A DNA stretch of 64,000 nt from an uncultured Gammaproteobacteria bacterium. GTDB taxonomy: Bacteria; Patescibacteriota; Patescibacteriia; UBA1558; GWA2-36-10. Positions 8,778 through 18,190 of this stretch are shown in pieces. The DNA is taken from positions 9,336 to 73,335 of the forward strand of contig CAZWIT010000004.1 in NCBI GenBank assembly GCA_964633905.1, given 5' to 3'. The translations under genes and the position numbers were made by a program. The notes beneath the pieces are model-generated. The model was not told the origin of the DNA. It made no database searches and worked only from the letters and a program-made list of their open reading frames with translations. Numbering within the stretch: the first letter of the stretch is position 1; every line of letters starts with the position of its first letter.

Positions 8778-9501
8778 AATTACTATTTTATCTACATTTG
8801 CTCTTGATAAAATTATTAATGATAAAAGCCCATTATTTATTGAACAGGAAGGTGGTCCAGCTTTTTATTTAAAAAAAGTTTTTATTCAAGAAAAAATAAA
8901 TTTTAGCTTATTGACTGGTCGCAAATTAACAACAGAAATTTTAATAAATAAAAAAGGAGAATTTGGTAGGCTTAATAAGAAGCCGTTTATCAAAACTGTA
9001 GAATTTAAAAAAATAAAAACACCATTTTTGCTTATTTCCTCTATTTTTGATGAGTTTAATTTAGAAAAATTATCAGATTTTCGGGGTTTAGTTTTTTTAG
9101 ATATTCAGGGTTATGTCAGACGTAATGGTAGTTTTGGTCAAAAAAAATTTTGTCAGATAGATAAATCAGTATTTGCTAATATTTTTTGTCTTAAGAGTAC
9201 ACAGGAGGAATTAAAATATTTACCAAGTAATTATATAAAAGAGCAAAAACAAAGAATCTTGTTAGTGACTAAAGGGCAACTAGGTTGTGATGTTTTTTAT
9301 TTTGGTCGGAAATTTAGTATTAAACCAGAAGAAGTAATTAAGTCAGATAATACTTTGGGAGCTGGCGATACTTTTTTTGCTTATTTTATTTCTCAATATA
9401 TAAAAAATAACAATATCATTGTTAGTATAAAATACGCTACTAAAATGGTATCGATATTTTTGGCAAAAAATACTACCCATCATACACAACAACTCTTGTA
9501 G
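8761..9501 (+). CDS. PfkB/ribokinase-family carbohydrate or nucleoside kinase (short form)
   Basis: 246 aa. C-terminal GAGDTF anion-hole motif of the ribokinase/PfkB family. Overlaps the previous gene by 17 nt. Confidence 0.55.
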   Translation: MKSKNKITILSTFALDKIINDKSPLFIEQEGGPAFYLKKVFIQEKINFSLLTGRKLTTEILINKKGEFGRLNKKPFIKTVEFKKIKTPFLLISSIFDEFNLEKLSDFRGLVFLDIQGYVRRNGSFGQKKFCQIDKSVFANIFCLKSTQEELKYLPSNYIKEQKQRILLVTKGQLGCDVFYFGRKFSIKPEEVIKSDNTLGAGDTFFAYFISQYIKNNNIIVSIKYATKMVSIFLAKNTTHHTQQLL

Positions 9502-9624
9502 GAAGAGATTGTTTGTCATTAGTAGAAGATAATTTTACATCACTGCACACCCAATCCCTTCCTGTAAGGGTTTTTGTTTTGGGAAGGGGTTGTTCTTTGA
9601 CAATAAACAAAAGGAGAGTGAGTA

Positions 9625-10488
9625 ATGACGAAGTTACCATACGTCGTATCAGCTGATATCCATTTGTTGCTTAAAAGATGGGCAAAACAGAATGATTTTA
9701 TTTTACCGCCAGATATTTTTTTCGTTAATTTAAGAGAGGATTTTATCAAGTATATGAAGAATATTTTTATTAATTTTGATTTTATATCAGAAGAAGAAAT
9801 TTTAGCTGGTTTAAAGAAAATGGTATGTCAAAATGATTTGCCAGTAATTTCGCTGGATGACACCTATTTTCAAAGTAAAATTAAATTTGAATTAGCTCGT
9901 TTGGTTGATGAAAATGGTAATAATAAAGGCTTGGGCCATAGGGCAAATACCAATACACTTTTAAAACAAATTAAAGAGTTAAAAGCGTTGAATATTAAAA
10001 GAGTTGCCATTGTAGATGATGTTATTTTTAGTGGGCATTTAATGGAGAGAGTTATTAATATATTGTCCAAAATAAATATTCAAGTAGAATTTATTTATGC
10101 TGGCATTGGTATTAGTGAAGGTATAAGGCGTATTAGTAGTGATAAATGTTTGATATCTTGTGTTCGTACTTATGATAATGTAATAGATGAAATTTGTGAG
10201 CGTGATTTTTATCCAGGAGTACCTTTGTCTGGAAGATTATTAGCTACAGGTAATAATATTGGTTTGCCATATATTTTGCCATTTGGTGATCCAGTTACTT
10301 GGGCATCTATACCATGCGAGAAGGCTCTTAATTTTTCTAAATTTTGTTTACAACAAACTATCTTATTATTTGAGGAGATAGAGACTCATTCTTATAAAAA
10401 TATTTATTGTTCAGATCTTCCCCGTAAAATCATTGGCTTACAACAACCCGATGTTCGCTACACTGCCTTGTTAAGGGAAATACTCTGA
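9625..10488 (+). CDS. Phosphoribosyltransferase (type I PRTase) domain protein with N- and C-terminal extensions
   Basis: 287 aa. VAIVDDVIFSG PRPP-binding motif preceded by a GLGHRANT loop. AGGAG RBS at 9611-9618. Confidence 0.5.
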   Translation: MTKLPYVVSADIHLLLKRWAKQNDFILPPDIFFVNLREDFIKYMKNIFINFDFISEEEILAGLKKMVCQNDLPVISLDDTYFQSKIKFELARLVDENGNNKGLGHRANTNTLLKQIKELKALNIKRVAIVDDVIFSGHLMERVINILSKINIQVEFIYAGIGISEGIRRISSDKCLISCVRTYDNVIDEICERDFYPGVPLSGRLLATGNNIGLPYILPFGDPVTWASIPCEKALNFSKFCLQQTILLFEEIETHSYKNIYCSDLPRKIIGLQQPDVRYTALLREIL

Positions 10489-10496
10489 AGAGAGAG

Positions 10497-10529
10497 GGCC
10501 GGTTTAAAAAATAATCGGCCTTTTATTTT
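10497..10529 (+). terminator. Putative terminator after the PRTase gene
   Basis: ggccg-(14-nt loop)-cggcc followed by TTTTATTTT. Confidence 0.35.
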
Positions 10530-10530
10530 A

Positions 10531-10555
10531 AATAAAAAACAAGCCTAAACAGGCT
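10531..10555 (-). terminator. Terminator following tRNA-Cys on the minus strand
   Basis: agcct-aaac-aggct hairpin. On the minus strand it is followed by a T-run (plus-strand A-run 10531-10541). Confidence 0.45.
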
Positions 10556-10582
10556 ATGCTTTATTTTTACCAATGTTGCTAT

Positions 10583-10656
<74 letters not shown>

Positions 10657-10693
10657 TTATTTTAGTGCAGGTAATTTAACAGATTTTTATATT

Positions 10694-11482
10694 TTAAGCA
10701 ACCTTAAGCTTTTTAAGCTCCTTAAGCAATAAAGGATTCAATTGTCTGTTACTAGCTAAAACTGAAGTAGAGTCTTTGGACCAAGTTTTACCCTGCCAGT
10801 CAGTAATGACACCGCCAGCGGCTTTAACTAACATAATACCAGGCGCTACGTCCCAAATTTTTGGTCCAGAAACAATTAAACTATCAATATTACCGCTAGC
10901 CACCATAGCTAATTCTAAGCTGGTACTGCCAAAATGACGACAGTCATGGCTATTGAGGTGGTAGTATTCGTAGGCCTTAAACGCCTTTTTATTGTCAACT
11001 AAAGAGCTGCCATGACAATAACACATAAAAATATCTTTAGTATTTTTATGTTTAGCAACTTCTAATTTATGCCCATTTTTGTAAGCTTTTTTATGCGTAG
11101 CCCAATACAACTCTTTGAGCATAGGCACATAGATTACACTCATAACTAATTTATAATCATGCATTAGAGCAATAGCCACGGTAAATAGAGGATTATGAAT
11201 GGCAAAATTATTAGTGCCATCAAGAGGGTCTATTATCCATAGATATTCTGATGATTGGTGATTAGCACCAAATTCTTCTGATAAAAAATTTATTTTAGAA
11301 AAACGTTTTTTTAAGGTAGTTAAAATAATTTTTTCTGATTGTTGGTCACACTTAGTCACTAGTTCATGACGACTTTTGTGGGTAGCAGTAGTACGCTTAA
11401 ATTTATTAAATTCTTTAGCCAGATACTCTCCAGCTTCCACAGCGGCTTTTTTGGCTTGTTCTAATTCTAATTGGTATATCAT
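10694..11482 (-). CDS. Inositol monophosphatase family protein (SuhB/CysQ-like)
   Basis: 262 aa. WIIDPLDGTNNF metal-binding motif of the IMPase family. Confidence 0.85.
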   Translation of the reverse strand: MIYQLELEQAKKAAVEAGEYLAKEFNKFKRTTATHKSRHELVTKCDQQSEKIILTTLKKRFSKINFLSEEFGANHQSSEYLWIIDPLDGTNNFAIHNPLFTVAIALMHDYKLVMSVIYVPMLKELYWATHKKAYKNGHKLEVAKHKNTKDIFMCYCHGSSLVDNKKAFKAYEYYHLNSHDCRHFGSTSLELAMVASGNIDSLIVSGPKIWDVAPGIMLVKAAGGVITDWQGKTWSKDSTSVLASNRQLNPLLLKELKKLKVA

Positions 11483-11483
11483 A

Positions 11484-11978
11484 TTATTTTATTTCGTTAA
11501 GCAAAATTAATTGGGCTTGTAGATCATCTAAATTTATTATAGCAAAAGTCGGGTTATAACGGATATTAGCGACATTGCCGGGATTTAGTATTTTGGTATT
11601 TTGAAATTTTTCTTCCCAGGGCTGATGACTGTGTCCATGGAGAGCTAGATCATAATATTGAGGCTTTTGTTCAATTAATTTTTTGATAATTTCTGGGTAG
11701 TGTGAGAAAATTATTTTTTTGCCATTAAGTTCAACTTCACCAAATCCTTGCCAGATTTTAAGATTAGAAAGTTTACTTAAATCTAAAGTATCGTCGGCAT
11801 TACCTTTGACTGCAAAAACTTGGATTGCCAGTTTATTTAATTCTTGCCAAGCTTCTGGACTTTGTAAATCGCCAGTGCAAATTAAATAATCAATTTTATT
11901 TTCTCTAATATAATTTAAAGCTTTATTTAAATTGGCTAAATTATCATGGACATCAGATATGACAGCTAAAGTAGGCAT
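11484..11978 (-). CDS. Metallophosphoesterase (YfcE/MJ0936-type phosphodiesterase)
   Basis: 164 aa. DVHDN, GDL, GNAD and GHSH motifs of the calcineurin-like phosphoesterase fold. Confidence 0.75.
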   Translation of the reverse strand: MPTLAVISDVHDNLANLNKALNYIRENKIDYLICTGDLQSPEAWQELNKLAIQVFAVKGNADDTLDLSKLSNLKIWQGFGEVELNGKKIIFSHYPEIIKKLIEQKPQYYDLALHGHSHQPWEEKFQNTKILNPGNVANIRYNPTFAIINLDDLQAQLILLNEIK

Positions 11979-12029
11979 AGTATGAATATTATAACACAGA
12001 GCCGCTTTGATAAAAAGTTAATAAAATTT

Positions 12030-13241
12030 TTATAAATATTTTTTAGCTTCAAAATTATCTGGCCAGTGTTGTTGTTTTTTAATTTCTTCGGTACTGCTAT
12101 TGGGAGCATATTTATAGCCCTTACCATAGCCAAAGTCTTTCATTAATTGAGTGGGCGCATTACGTAGTACTAGGGGCACTCCTAGGTGACTAGTATTTTT
12201 GGCATCTTGAGCTGCTTTGGCATAGCCAGCGTAAATAATATTTGACTTAGGTGCTTTAGCTAAATAAACGACTAATTCAGCTAAAGCTAATTTCCCTTCG
12301 GGCATACCAATAAAATGTACGGCATCCTTAGCAGTAGTAGCAAGTATTAGCGCCTGAGGATCAGCTAGACCCACATCTTCTGAAGCAAAGCGAATTAGTC
12401 GGCGGGCAACGTAGAGGGGATCTTCGCCTGCTTCTAGCATGCGCGCTAACCAATAAAGAGCAGCATCAGGGTCAGAATCACGCAAGCATTTGTGTAAAGC
12501 AGAGATAATATTATAATGTTCTTCGCCATTTTTATCATAATAGAGAATAGAACTCTGAATAGCTTCGCGAATATCAGTTTCGGAGAGCTCGTAATTTTCT
12601 TTGACTGAAGCGGCAATTTCTAAAGCAGTTAGTAGTTTACGGGCATCGCCGCCAGCAAAAGAAAGTAGTATTTTTTCCGCTGCTTCGTTTAAAGTTATTT
12701 TTTGTTTACCCAATCCTTGATCCTTATCTTCTAAAACTTGTTTTAATATTTTTTTTAGATCAAGTGTTGTGAGGGATTTTAAGGCTAAGACCCGACAACG
12801 AGAAAGTAGAGCGGAATTAATACTAAAAGAAGGATTTTCAGTGGTAGCACCGATTAAAGTCAAAATGCCACTTTCAACATAAGGCAGTAGCACATCTTGT
12901 TGGGCTTTATTAAAGCGATGAATCTCATCTAAAAATAGTAAGGTTTTAGTTTTTAAAAAATCGGCATCTTGGCGCGCAACATCAGCTATTTTTTTAATTT
13001 CCGGTGTGCCAATTAAGACTGCGCTAGTGGCAATGAATTTATAGTTTAATTCTTGGCTTAAAATTTTAGCTAAAGTTGTTTTACCAACTCCTGGTGGACC
13101 CCAAAAAATCAAAGAGCTTAAATTTTGGTTTTTTACCATTTGAGTCAGGATTTTATCTGGACCTAAAATATGCTCCTGTCCATAGAATTGGGGGAGTTTT
13201 TTAGGGCGTACCCGATCAGCTAAAGGTTTATTATCGCTCAT
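12030..13241 (-). CDS. rarA: Replication-associated recombination protein A (AAA+ ATPase RarA/MgsA)
   Basis: 403 aa. Walker A GPPGVGKTT, Walker B LFLDEIHRFNKAQQD and MgsA C-terminal domain pattern. Confidence 0.9.
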   Translation of the reverse strand: MSDNKPLADRVRPKKLPQFYGQEHILGPDKILTQMVKNQNLSSLIFWGPPGVGKTTLAKILSQELNYKFIATSAVLIGTPEIKKIADVARQDADFLKTKTLLFLDEIHRFNKAQQDVLLPYVESGILTLIGATTENPSFSINSALLSRCRVLALKSLTTLDLKKILKQVLEDKDQGLGKQKITLNEAAEKILLSFAGGDARKLLTALEIAASVKENYELSETDIREAIQSSILYYDKNGEEHYNIISALHKCLRDSDPDAALYWLARMLEAGEDPLYVARRLIRFASEDVGLADPQALILATTAKDAVHFIGMPEGKLALAELVVYLAKAPKSNIIYAGYAKAAQDAKNTSHLGVPLVLRNAPTQLMKDFGYGKGYKYAPNSSTEEIKKQQHWPDNFEAKKYL

Positions 13242-13280
13242 AGATTATGCTTTATTTAAGCATTTTAACACCCTTAAGTA

Positions 13281-13315
13281 AAAAAATAAACCCGGCCGCG
13301 TCAAACGCGGCCGGG
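13281..13315 (-). terminator. Rho-independent terminator downstream of tig (minus strand)
   Basis: cccggccgcg-tcaaa-cgcggccggg GC-rich stem. On the minus strand it is followed by T-rich sequence (plus-strand A-run 13281-13290). Confidence 0.65.
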
Positions 13316-13326
13316 CAATAAATAGT

Positions 13327-14607
13327 TTATTTTACAATAGTCTCGATAATAAATTTGATAACTTTTTGATTTACTAAGGCATTATGTAAATAATCTCGAT
13401 ATTGTGGTTTGCGGATATTGGCTAGAGCTTCTGGATAATTTTTGTACATGGCCTCTTCTTTAGTAATCTCTGCTTCAACTTCTTCTGCTTTGATGTCAAT
13501 TTTTTCAGTTAAAGCAATTTGTCTTAATATTAGAGCGGCTTTAATTCTTTCTAGAGCTGGAGTTTCAAAATCATGATGTAGATCATCGTGAGTTTTATTG
13601 ATTGATTTTAAATAACCAACCATATCTAGACCTTGTCTTTCTAAATCACCTTCCAGCTCATGAATCATCTTGTGGATTTCATTATCAATCAAAACTTCGG
13701 GTATATCTTCTACTTGGGTTTGGGCAATAATAGCCTTGATAGCTTCATTTTCAGTTTTTTGTTGGGCCTTTTTAGTTTTGTCTTGTTCTATATTTTCTTT
13801 AATTTGTTTTTTTAAAGTAGCTAAATCGTCTAGGGCTAATTTTTTAGCTAGTTCGTCATTAAGTTCTGGCAAAGATCTTTCATAGACTTGAATAACTTTT
13901 ACTTTAAAGGTAGTTAGTTTTCCGGCTAGATTTTGTTGAAAATATTTTTCGGGAAATTTTAATTCAAATTCCTTAGTATCACCATTTTTTAAACCAATGA
14001 TTTGTTCTTCAAAGCCAGGGATCATGCGTTGTTCGCCTAAAATCACAGGATATTTATAGTTTTTTCCGCCTTCAATAACTACTTTGTCTATTAAGGCTTC
14101 AAAATCAAGTTCGACTTTATCGTTATTTTGAGCTGGTCGATCTACTGGAGTCTCACTAGCATTTAGTTCTTGTAATTGTTTTAATGTTTTATCAATATCT
14201 TCAGTCTCAACTTTAACTTCTTCTTTAGCAACTTTTAATTCTTTCCAATTTCCTAAAGTAATTTTGGGGAGCAATGAAACCTTAGCTTTATAAACCAAAG
14301 GATTACCAGGGGCAATTTTTTCAACATTAATATTAGGTTGGCCAACAGTAACTAATTTTTCTTGAGTAACGGCCTCAAAAAAACTTTGACTAATAATATC
14401 ATCTAAAGCGTGCTGTAAAATAGCCATTTCGCCAAAACGATTTTTAATCGTTTCATAAGGGGCCTTACCAGGCCTAAAGCCAGGGATTTGGCTAGTTTGT
14501 GACAATTTATTGGCAGCTGTTTTTAAATGGGGAGCAACTTCCTCGGCCGTTAGTTCAATTAACAGTTCAATTTGGTTTTTGCCCAGGTCATTTTTAGTAA
14601 TTTGCAT
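13327..14607 (-). CDS. tig: Trigger factor
   Basis: 426 aa. N-terminal ribosome-binding region with GFRPGKAP signature, PPIase-like middle and C-terminal arm. Confidence 0.9.
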   Translation of the reverse strand: MQITKNDLGKNQIELLIELTAEEVAPHLKTAANKLSQTSQIPGFRPGKAPYETIKNRFGEMAILQHALDDIISQSFFEAVTQEKLVTVGQPNINVEKIAPGNPLVYKAKVSLLPKITLGNWKELKVAKEEVKVETEDIDKTLKQLQELNASETPVDRPAQNNDKVELDFEALIDKVVIEGGKNYKYPVILGEQRMIPGFEEQIIGLKNGDTKEFELKFPEKYFQQNLAGKLTTFKVKVIQVYERSLPELNDELAKKLALDDLATLKKQIKENIEQDKTKKAQQKTENEAIKAIIAQTQVEDIPEVLIDNEIHKMIHELEGDLERQGLDMVGYLKSINKTHDDLHHDFETPALERIKAALILRQIALTEKIDIKAEEVEAEITKEEAMYKNYPEALANIRKPQYRDYLHNALVNQKVIKFIIETIVK

Positions 14608-14709
14608 AGTATAGATTTGTAAAATTTAGTAGACGCAGTATACCCTGAAATAGCTCCAAAGTCAATTGCTAGATATTGACTCATCAAATTTTTATTTTTA
14701 AGAAAAAAA

Positions 14710-14718
14710 TGTTATAAT
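14710..14718 (+). promoter_or_regulatory. Extended -10 promoter element (TGnTATAAT) upstream of pilB
   Basis: tgtTATAAT at 14710-14718, about 50 nt upstream of the pilB ATG. No clear -35. Confidence 0.35.
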
Positions 14719-14769
14719 ATAGTAAGAATCAAATCAATAAAACGATTTAAATTGTTAGAGTTATAGTTT

Positions 14770-16503
14770 ATGGCTTCAAGCTTGCCAATAAGTCAAGAAG
14801 AACTTAAGTCTATCTTAATCACTGCCGGTGTTATCAAAGACAATGATTGGGTGGAGGCAGAAAGAAATGCTGCTAGAAGACGTCGAGGGATCGAGGAAGT
14901 CTTGATCGAGCGTGGTTTTTTTAATGAGCGTTATCTTTATGAATTAATTGGTGATGCGATTAAAATTCCTTATGTTAATTTACGTAAGCGTCGCATTGAT
15001 CCAGAGGCTATTGTTTGTTTGGATGCCAAAATCGCAGAAGAAATTCAAGCCATACCTTTTAGCTTGGATAATGATATTTTAAAAATTGCTTTTGTTGATC
15101 CTCGTAATCAAGAGCATATCGAAGCGGTGCAGGCTAATGTGAAATACAAATTTAAGCCTTTTATGACTAGCGCTCGTAATTTTGCTTTTGCCTTTAGGCT
15201 GTATCAAAGAAATATCAAAGAAGAACTTTATAATATTATTAATAGCGTTTCTAGTGATAATGTTAATGTTGAACATAATCAGTTAGATACACCGATTATT
15301 AAAATAGTCGATTCTATTTTAGAATACGCTATGTTTGAGCAAGCTTCTGATATTCATATTGAAGCTTTGCCTGATGCGGTAGTGGTGCGTTTTCGGGTAG
15401 ATGGTGATTTGCACGATGAAGTAGAATTACCAGTGACGATGCATGATGCTATTATTGCTCGTATTAAAATTTTATCCAATTTAAGAATTGACGAGCATCG
15501 TATTCCTCAAGATGGACGTTTTTCTTTTAGAATTGCCAACGAAGAAGAGTCGGTGCGTGTTTCTATTATTCCGGCTTTTTATGGGGAAAAGATAGTTATG
15601 CGTTTGCTTACAGATGAAGCGCAAAATCTAAGTTTAGAAGACATTGGTTTTTCCGAAAAACACGTTAAAATAATGAATAAACAGGTGGAAAAACCATACG
15701 GCATGATTTTAGTAGTAGGTCCGACTGGTTCTGGTAAGACTACAACCTTATATACGGTTTTGAATATTTTAAATACAGAAGATGTAAATATTTGTACTAT
15801 TGAAGATCCAATCGAATATGGTGTTCATCGTGTTAATCAGACTCAGGTAAATAATCAAGCTGGCTACACTTTTGCCAATGGCTTGCGCTCCTTACTTAGA
15901 CAAGATCCCGATATTATTATGATTGGAGAAATTCGTGATAACGAAACAGCTCAAATCGCAGTTAGAGCAGGTCTTACTGGTCATTTAGTTTTATCTACCT
16001 TGCATACTAATAATGCTTCTGGTGCTCCACCACGTCTGTTGGATATGGGTGTAGAACCATTTTTAGTTTCCTCTACTCTAAATGTTGTTATTGCTCAACG
16101 TTTAGTTAGACGTATCTGCCAGGATTGTATTTATAGTTTTAAATTAAATAATGATGAAATAAAAAGTTTAAGTGCTGAAATGGATTTAGATTTTATGCTT
16201 AAACGTTTTCATGAATTGGGTGTTATCAAAGAAGATTATAAAAATTTTTCCGATTTAACTTTTTATAAGGGTAAGGGCTGTAGCCGTTGTCATGGCACTG
16301 GTTATTCTAAGCGTATTTCAGTAATGGAGATTTTAGAAAATACAGAAGCTATCCAAAAATGCATTGCTAGAAATGCTACTTCTAGCGACATCTTAAAAGC
16401 TGCTATTGAACAGGGCATGGTTACGATTTTTGAAGATGGCATGCAAAAGGCTTTACTAGGTATTACAACTATTGAAGAGGTTTTAAGAGTTAAACGAGAG
16501 TAA
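14770..16503 (+). CDS. pilB: Type IV pilus assembly ATPase PilB (GspE family)
   Basis: 577 aa. N-terminal GspII_E-like domain, Walker A GPTGSGKTTT, Asp and His boxes and the tetracysteine CxxC…CxxC motif. Confidence 0.9.
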   Translation: MASSLPISQEELKSILITAGVIKDNDWVEAERNAARRRRGIEEVLIERGFFNERYLYELIGDAIKIPYVNLRKRRIDPEAIVCLDAKIAEEIQAIPFSLDNDILKIAFVDPRNQEHIEAVQANVKYKFKPFMTSARNFAFAFRLYQRNIKEELYNIINSVSSDNVNVEHNQLDTPIIKIVDSILEYAMFEQASDIHIEALPDAVVVRFRVDGDLHDEVELPVTMHDAIIARIKILSNLRIDEHRIPQDGRFSFRIANEEESVRVSIIPAFYGEKIVMRLLTDEAQNLSLEDIGFSEKHVKIMNKQVEKPYGMILVVGPTGSGKTTTLYTVLNILNTEDVNICTIEDPIEYGVHRVNQTQVNNQAGYTFANGLRSLLRQDPDIIMIGEIRDNETAQIAVRAGLTGHLVLSTLHTNNASGAPPRLLDMGVEPFLVSSTLNVVIAQRLVRRICQDCIYSFKLNNDEIKSLSAEMDLDFMLKRFHELGVIKEDYKNFSDLTFYKGKGCSRCHGTGYSKRISVMEILENTEAIQKCIARNATSSDILKAAIEQGMVTIFEDGMQKALLGITTIEEVLRVKRE

Positions 16504-16512
16504 AAAACAAAT

Positions 16513-17715
16513 ATGGAATATTTAAACATCAAACACCAAAAGATTGATGATACTAATAAAGCAAAAAATGCTAGCAAATTAGGTTTAGTTATCAAAGAGG
16601 CTGATAAGACTAAAGCTAAGCTAGCTGCTAAAAAAAACAAGAAAACTAATAATAAAAAGAATTCTTTTTTTGGTCGGGTTACTTCTTCTGATCAAATGTT
16701 GTTTTTAGGCAATTTAGCCACCATGTTAAAAGCAGGTTTAGCCTTGGCACCGGCTTTAGTTACACTTACTAAAGAAACTAAAAATAAATATTTTCGTGGT
16801 GTTCTGCAAAATTTATATCAATTAATAGAAAATGGCCAGACTTTATCAGATGGCATGAAACAATACCCCAATGTTTTTCCAGAGATGATTATCTCAACCG
16901 TTGAAGTGGGGGAAAATAGTGGTTCTTTGTCTGAGGCTTTGGCACATCTAGCTGATATTTTAGAATCGCAAAAAAAATTAAAAAGTAAAGTTGTTGGTGC
17001 CTTAGTCTATCCGATTGTAGTAATAGTAGCTGTGATAGGTGTTAGTTTATTTTTAGCATTTTTTGTCTTTCCGCAACTAGTTTCAGTTTTTGAAGAAGCA
17101 GAAGTAAAGTTACCCACTATTTTAGTGGCAGTTAATTTTATTATCAATGCATTCCAAAATTATGGTTATTATGTAGCACTCGGTTTTTTGGTTTTTATAT
17201 TAGTACTTTTTTTATTGTGGCGTATACCAAAGGTAAAACTGGCTTGGAGTATTTTTTCTTTAAAAATTCCTTTTGTTGGTAATTTGATTAAAGAATATTG
17301 CATGTCTCGCTTTGCTAGTAATTTGCGCGCTTTATTTGCCTCGGGCTTGCCTATTGTTCGCTCTTTAGAGATAGTAGCTAAGACTGTACCTAATTTAAAA
17401 TATCGTCAGGAAATTTTTGCAATGGCCAAAGAGTTAGAAAAAGGTCATTCTTTATCAGATACAATGGGTGATAGACCTAAGTTATTTAGTTCTATTTCTG
17501 TACAATTATGTCACGTTGGCGAACAGACAGGAGAACTGGATGGTATTTTAGAAAAAATTGGCTCTTATTATGAGGATAGGGTTAATAATGTCTTGACCAA
17601 TTTATCAGCCATCATTGAACCGATTTTGTTAGTGACTGTCGGTATTGCCGTGGGCTTTATTGCTTTATCAGTTATTTCGCCAATGTATGAACTTACTCAA
17701 AGTTTTGCTGAATAA
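16513..17715 (+). CDS. pilC: Type IV pilus inner-membrane platform protein PilC (GspF family)
   Basis: 400 aa. Two GspF-type repeats, three TM segments. Follows pilB directly. Confidence 0.85.
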   Translation: MEYLNIKHQKIDDTNKAKNASKLGLVIKEADKTKAKLAAKKNKKTNNKKNSFFGRVTSSDQMLFLGNLATMLKAGLALAPALVTLTKETKNKYFRGVLQNLYQLIENGQTLSDGMKQYPNVFPEMIISTVEVGENSGSLSEALAHLADILESQKKLKSKVVGALVYPIVVIVAVIGVSLFLAFFVFPQLVSVFEEAEVKLPTILVAVNFIINAFQNYGYYVALGFLVFILVLFLLWRIPKVKLAWSIFSLKIPFVGNLIKEYCMSRFASNLRALFASGLPIVRSLEIVAKTVPNLKYRQEIFAMAKELEKGHSLSDTMGDRPKLFSSISVQLCHVGEQTGELDGILEKIGSYYEDRVNNVLTNLSAIIEPILLVTVGIAVGFIALSVISPMYELTQSFAE

Positions 17716-17743
17716 TTTAAAGTTTAATAATATTGGTGTTACC

Positions 17744-18190
17744 ATGATAGAGTTAATGATGGTAATAACTGTGCTTTGTATTTTGTCAGTAGCCAGTATA
17801 AGTTCTTATCATACTTGGCAGAAACACGTAATGCTGGTAAATGCTACTGATGAATTAAAGAGTGCCTTTAATTTAGCACAAGGGCAAGCAATGGCTGCTG
17901 CTCAAGGTAATAATTGGGGTGTTCATTTAGAAGCTGATTATTATGTTATTTTTCCTGGCAGTTTTTATGATGAAGCTAATATAAATAATCAGCGGCGCAA
18001 TTTTAGTGGTATCAGTATAATTAATCTAGATTCAGCTATATCAGATGGAGTTGGTGCTTATACTAAAGATGTAGTTTTTGCTAAGTATACAGGCAATACC
18101 GTTAATGTTGGAACCTTATTAATAGCTGCCACTTCTAATTATGATAATACCAAGTCCATTACTATTGATTTGAATGGTCAAATACAATAA
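17744..18190 (+). CDS. Pilin-like protein with a prepilin N-terminal helix (…G-VTMIELMMVITVL…) but no canonical leader
   Basis: Glu at +5 relative to the Gly; hydrophobic alpha1-N helix. The track ORF begins at 17645 and overlaps pilC. The only ATG is at 17744, giving MIELMM… with no leader. Start is uncertain. Confidence 0.5.
   Translation: MIELMMVITVLCILSVASISSYHTWQKHVMLVNATDELKSAFNLAQGQAMAAAQGNNWGVHLEADYYVIFPGSFYDEANINNQRRNFSGISIINLDSAISDGVGAYTKDVVFAKYTGNTVNVGTLLIAATSNYDNTKSITIDLNGQIQ

Noticed and set aside
9540-10070. Minus-strand 69-aa and 66-aa ORFs
   Set aside because: The first spans the intergenic hairpin region and runs into the PRTase gene start. The second is inside the PRTase gene. 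Neither has an RBS or a sensible composition.
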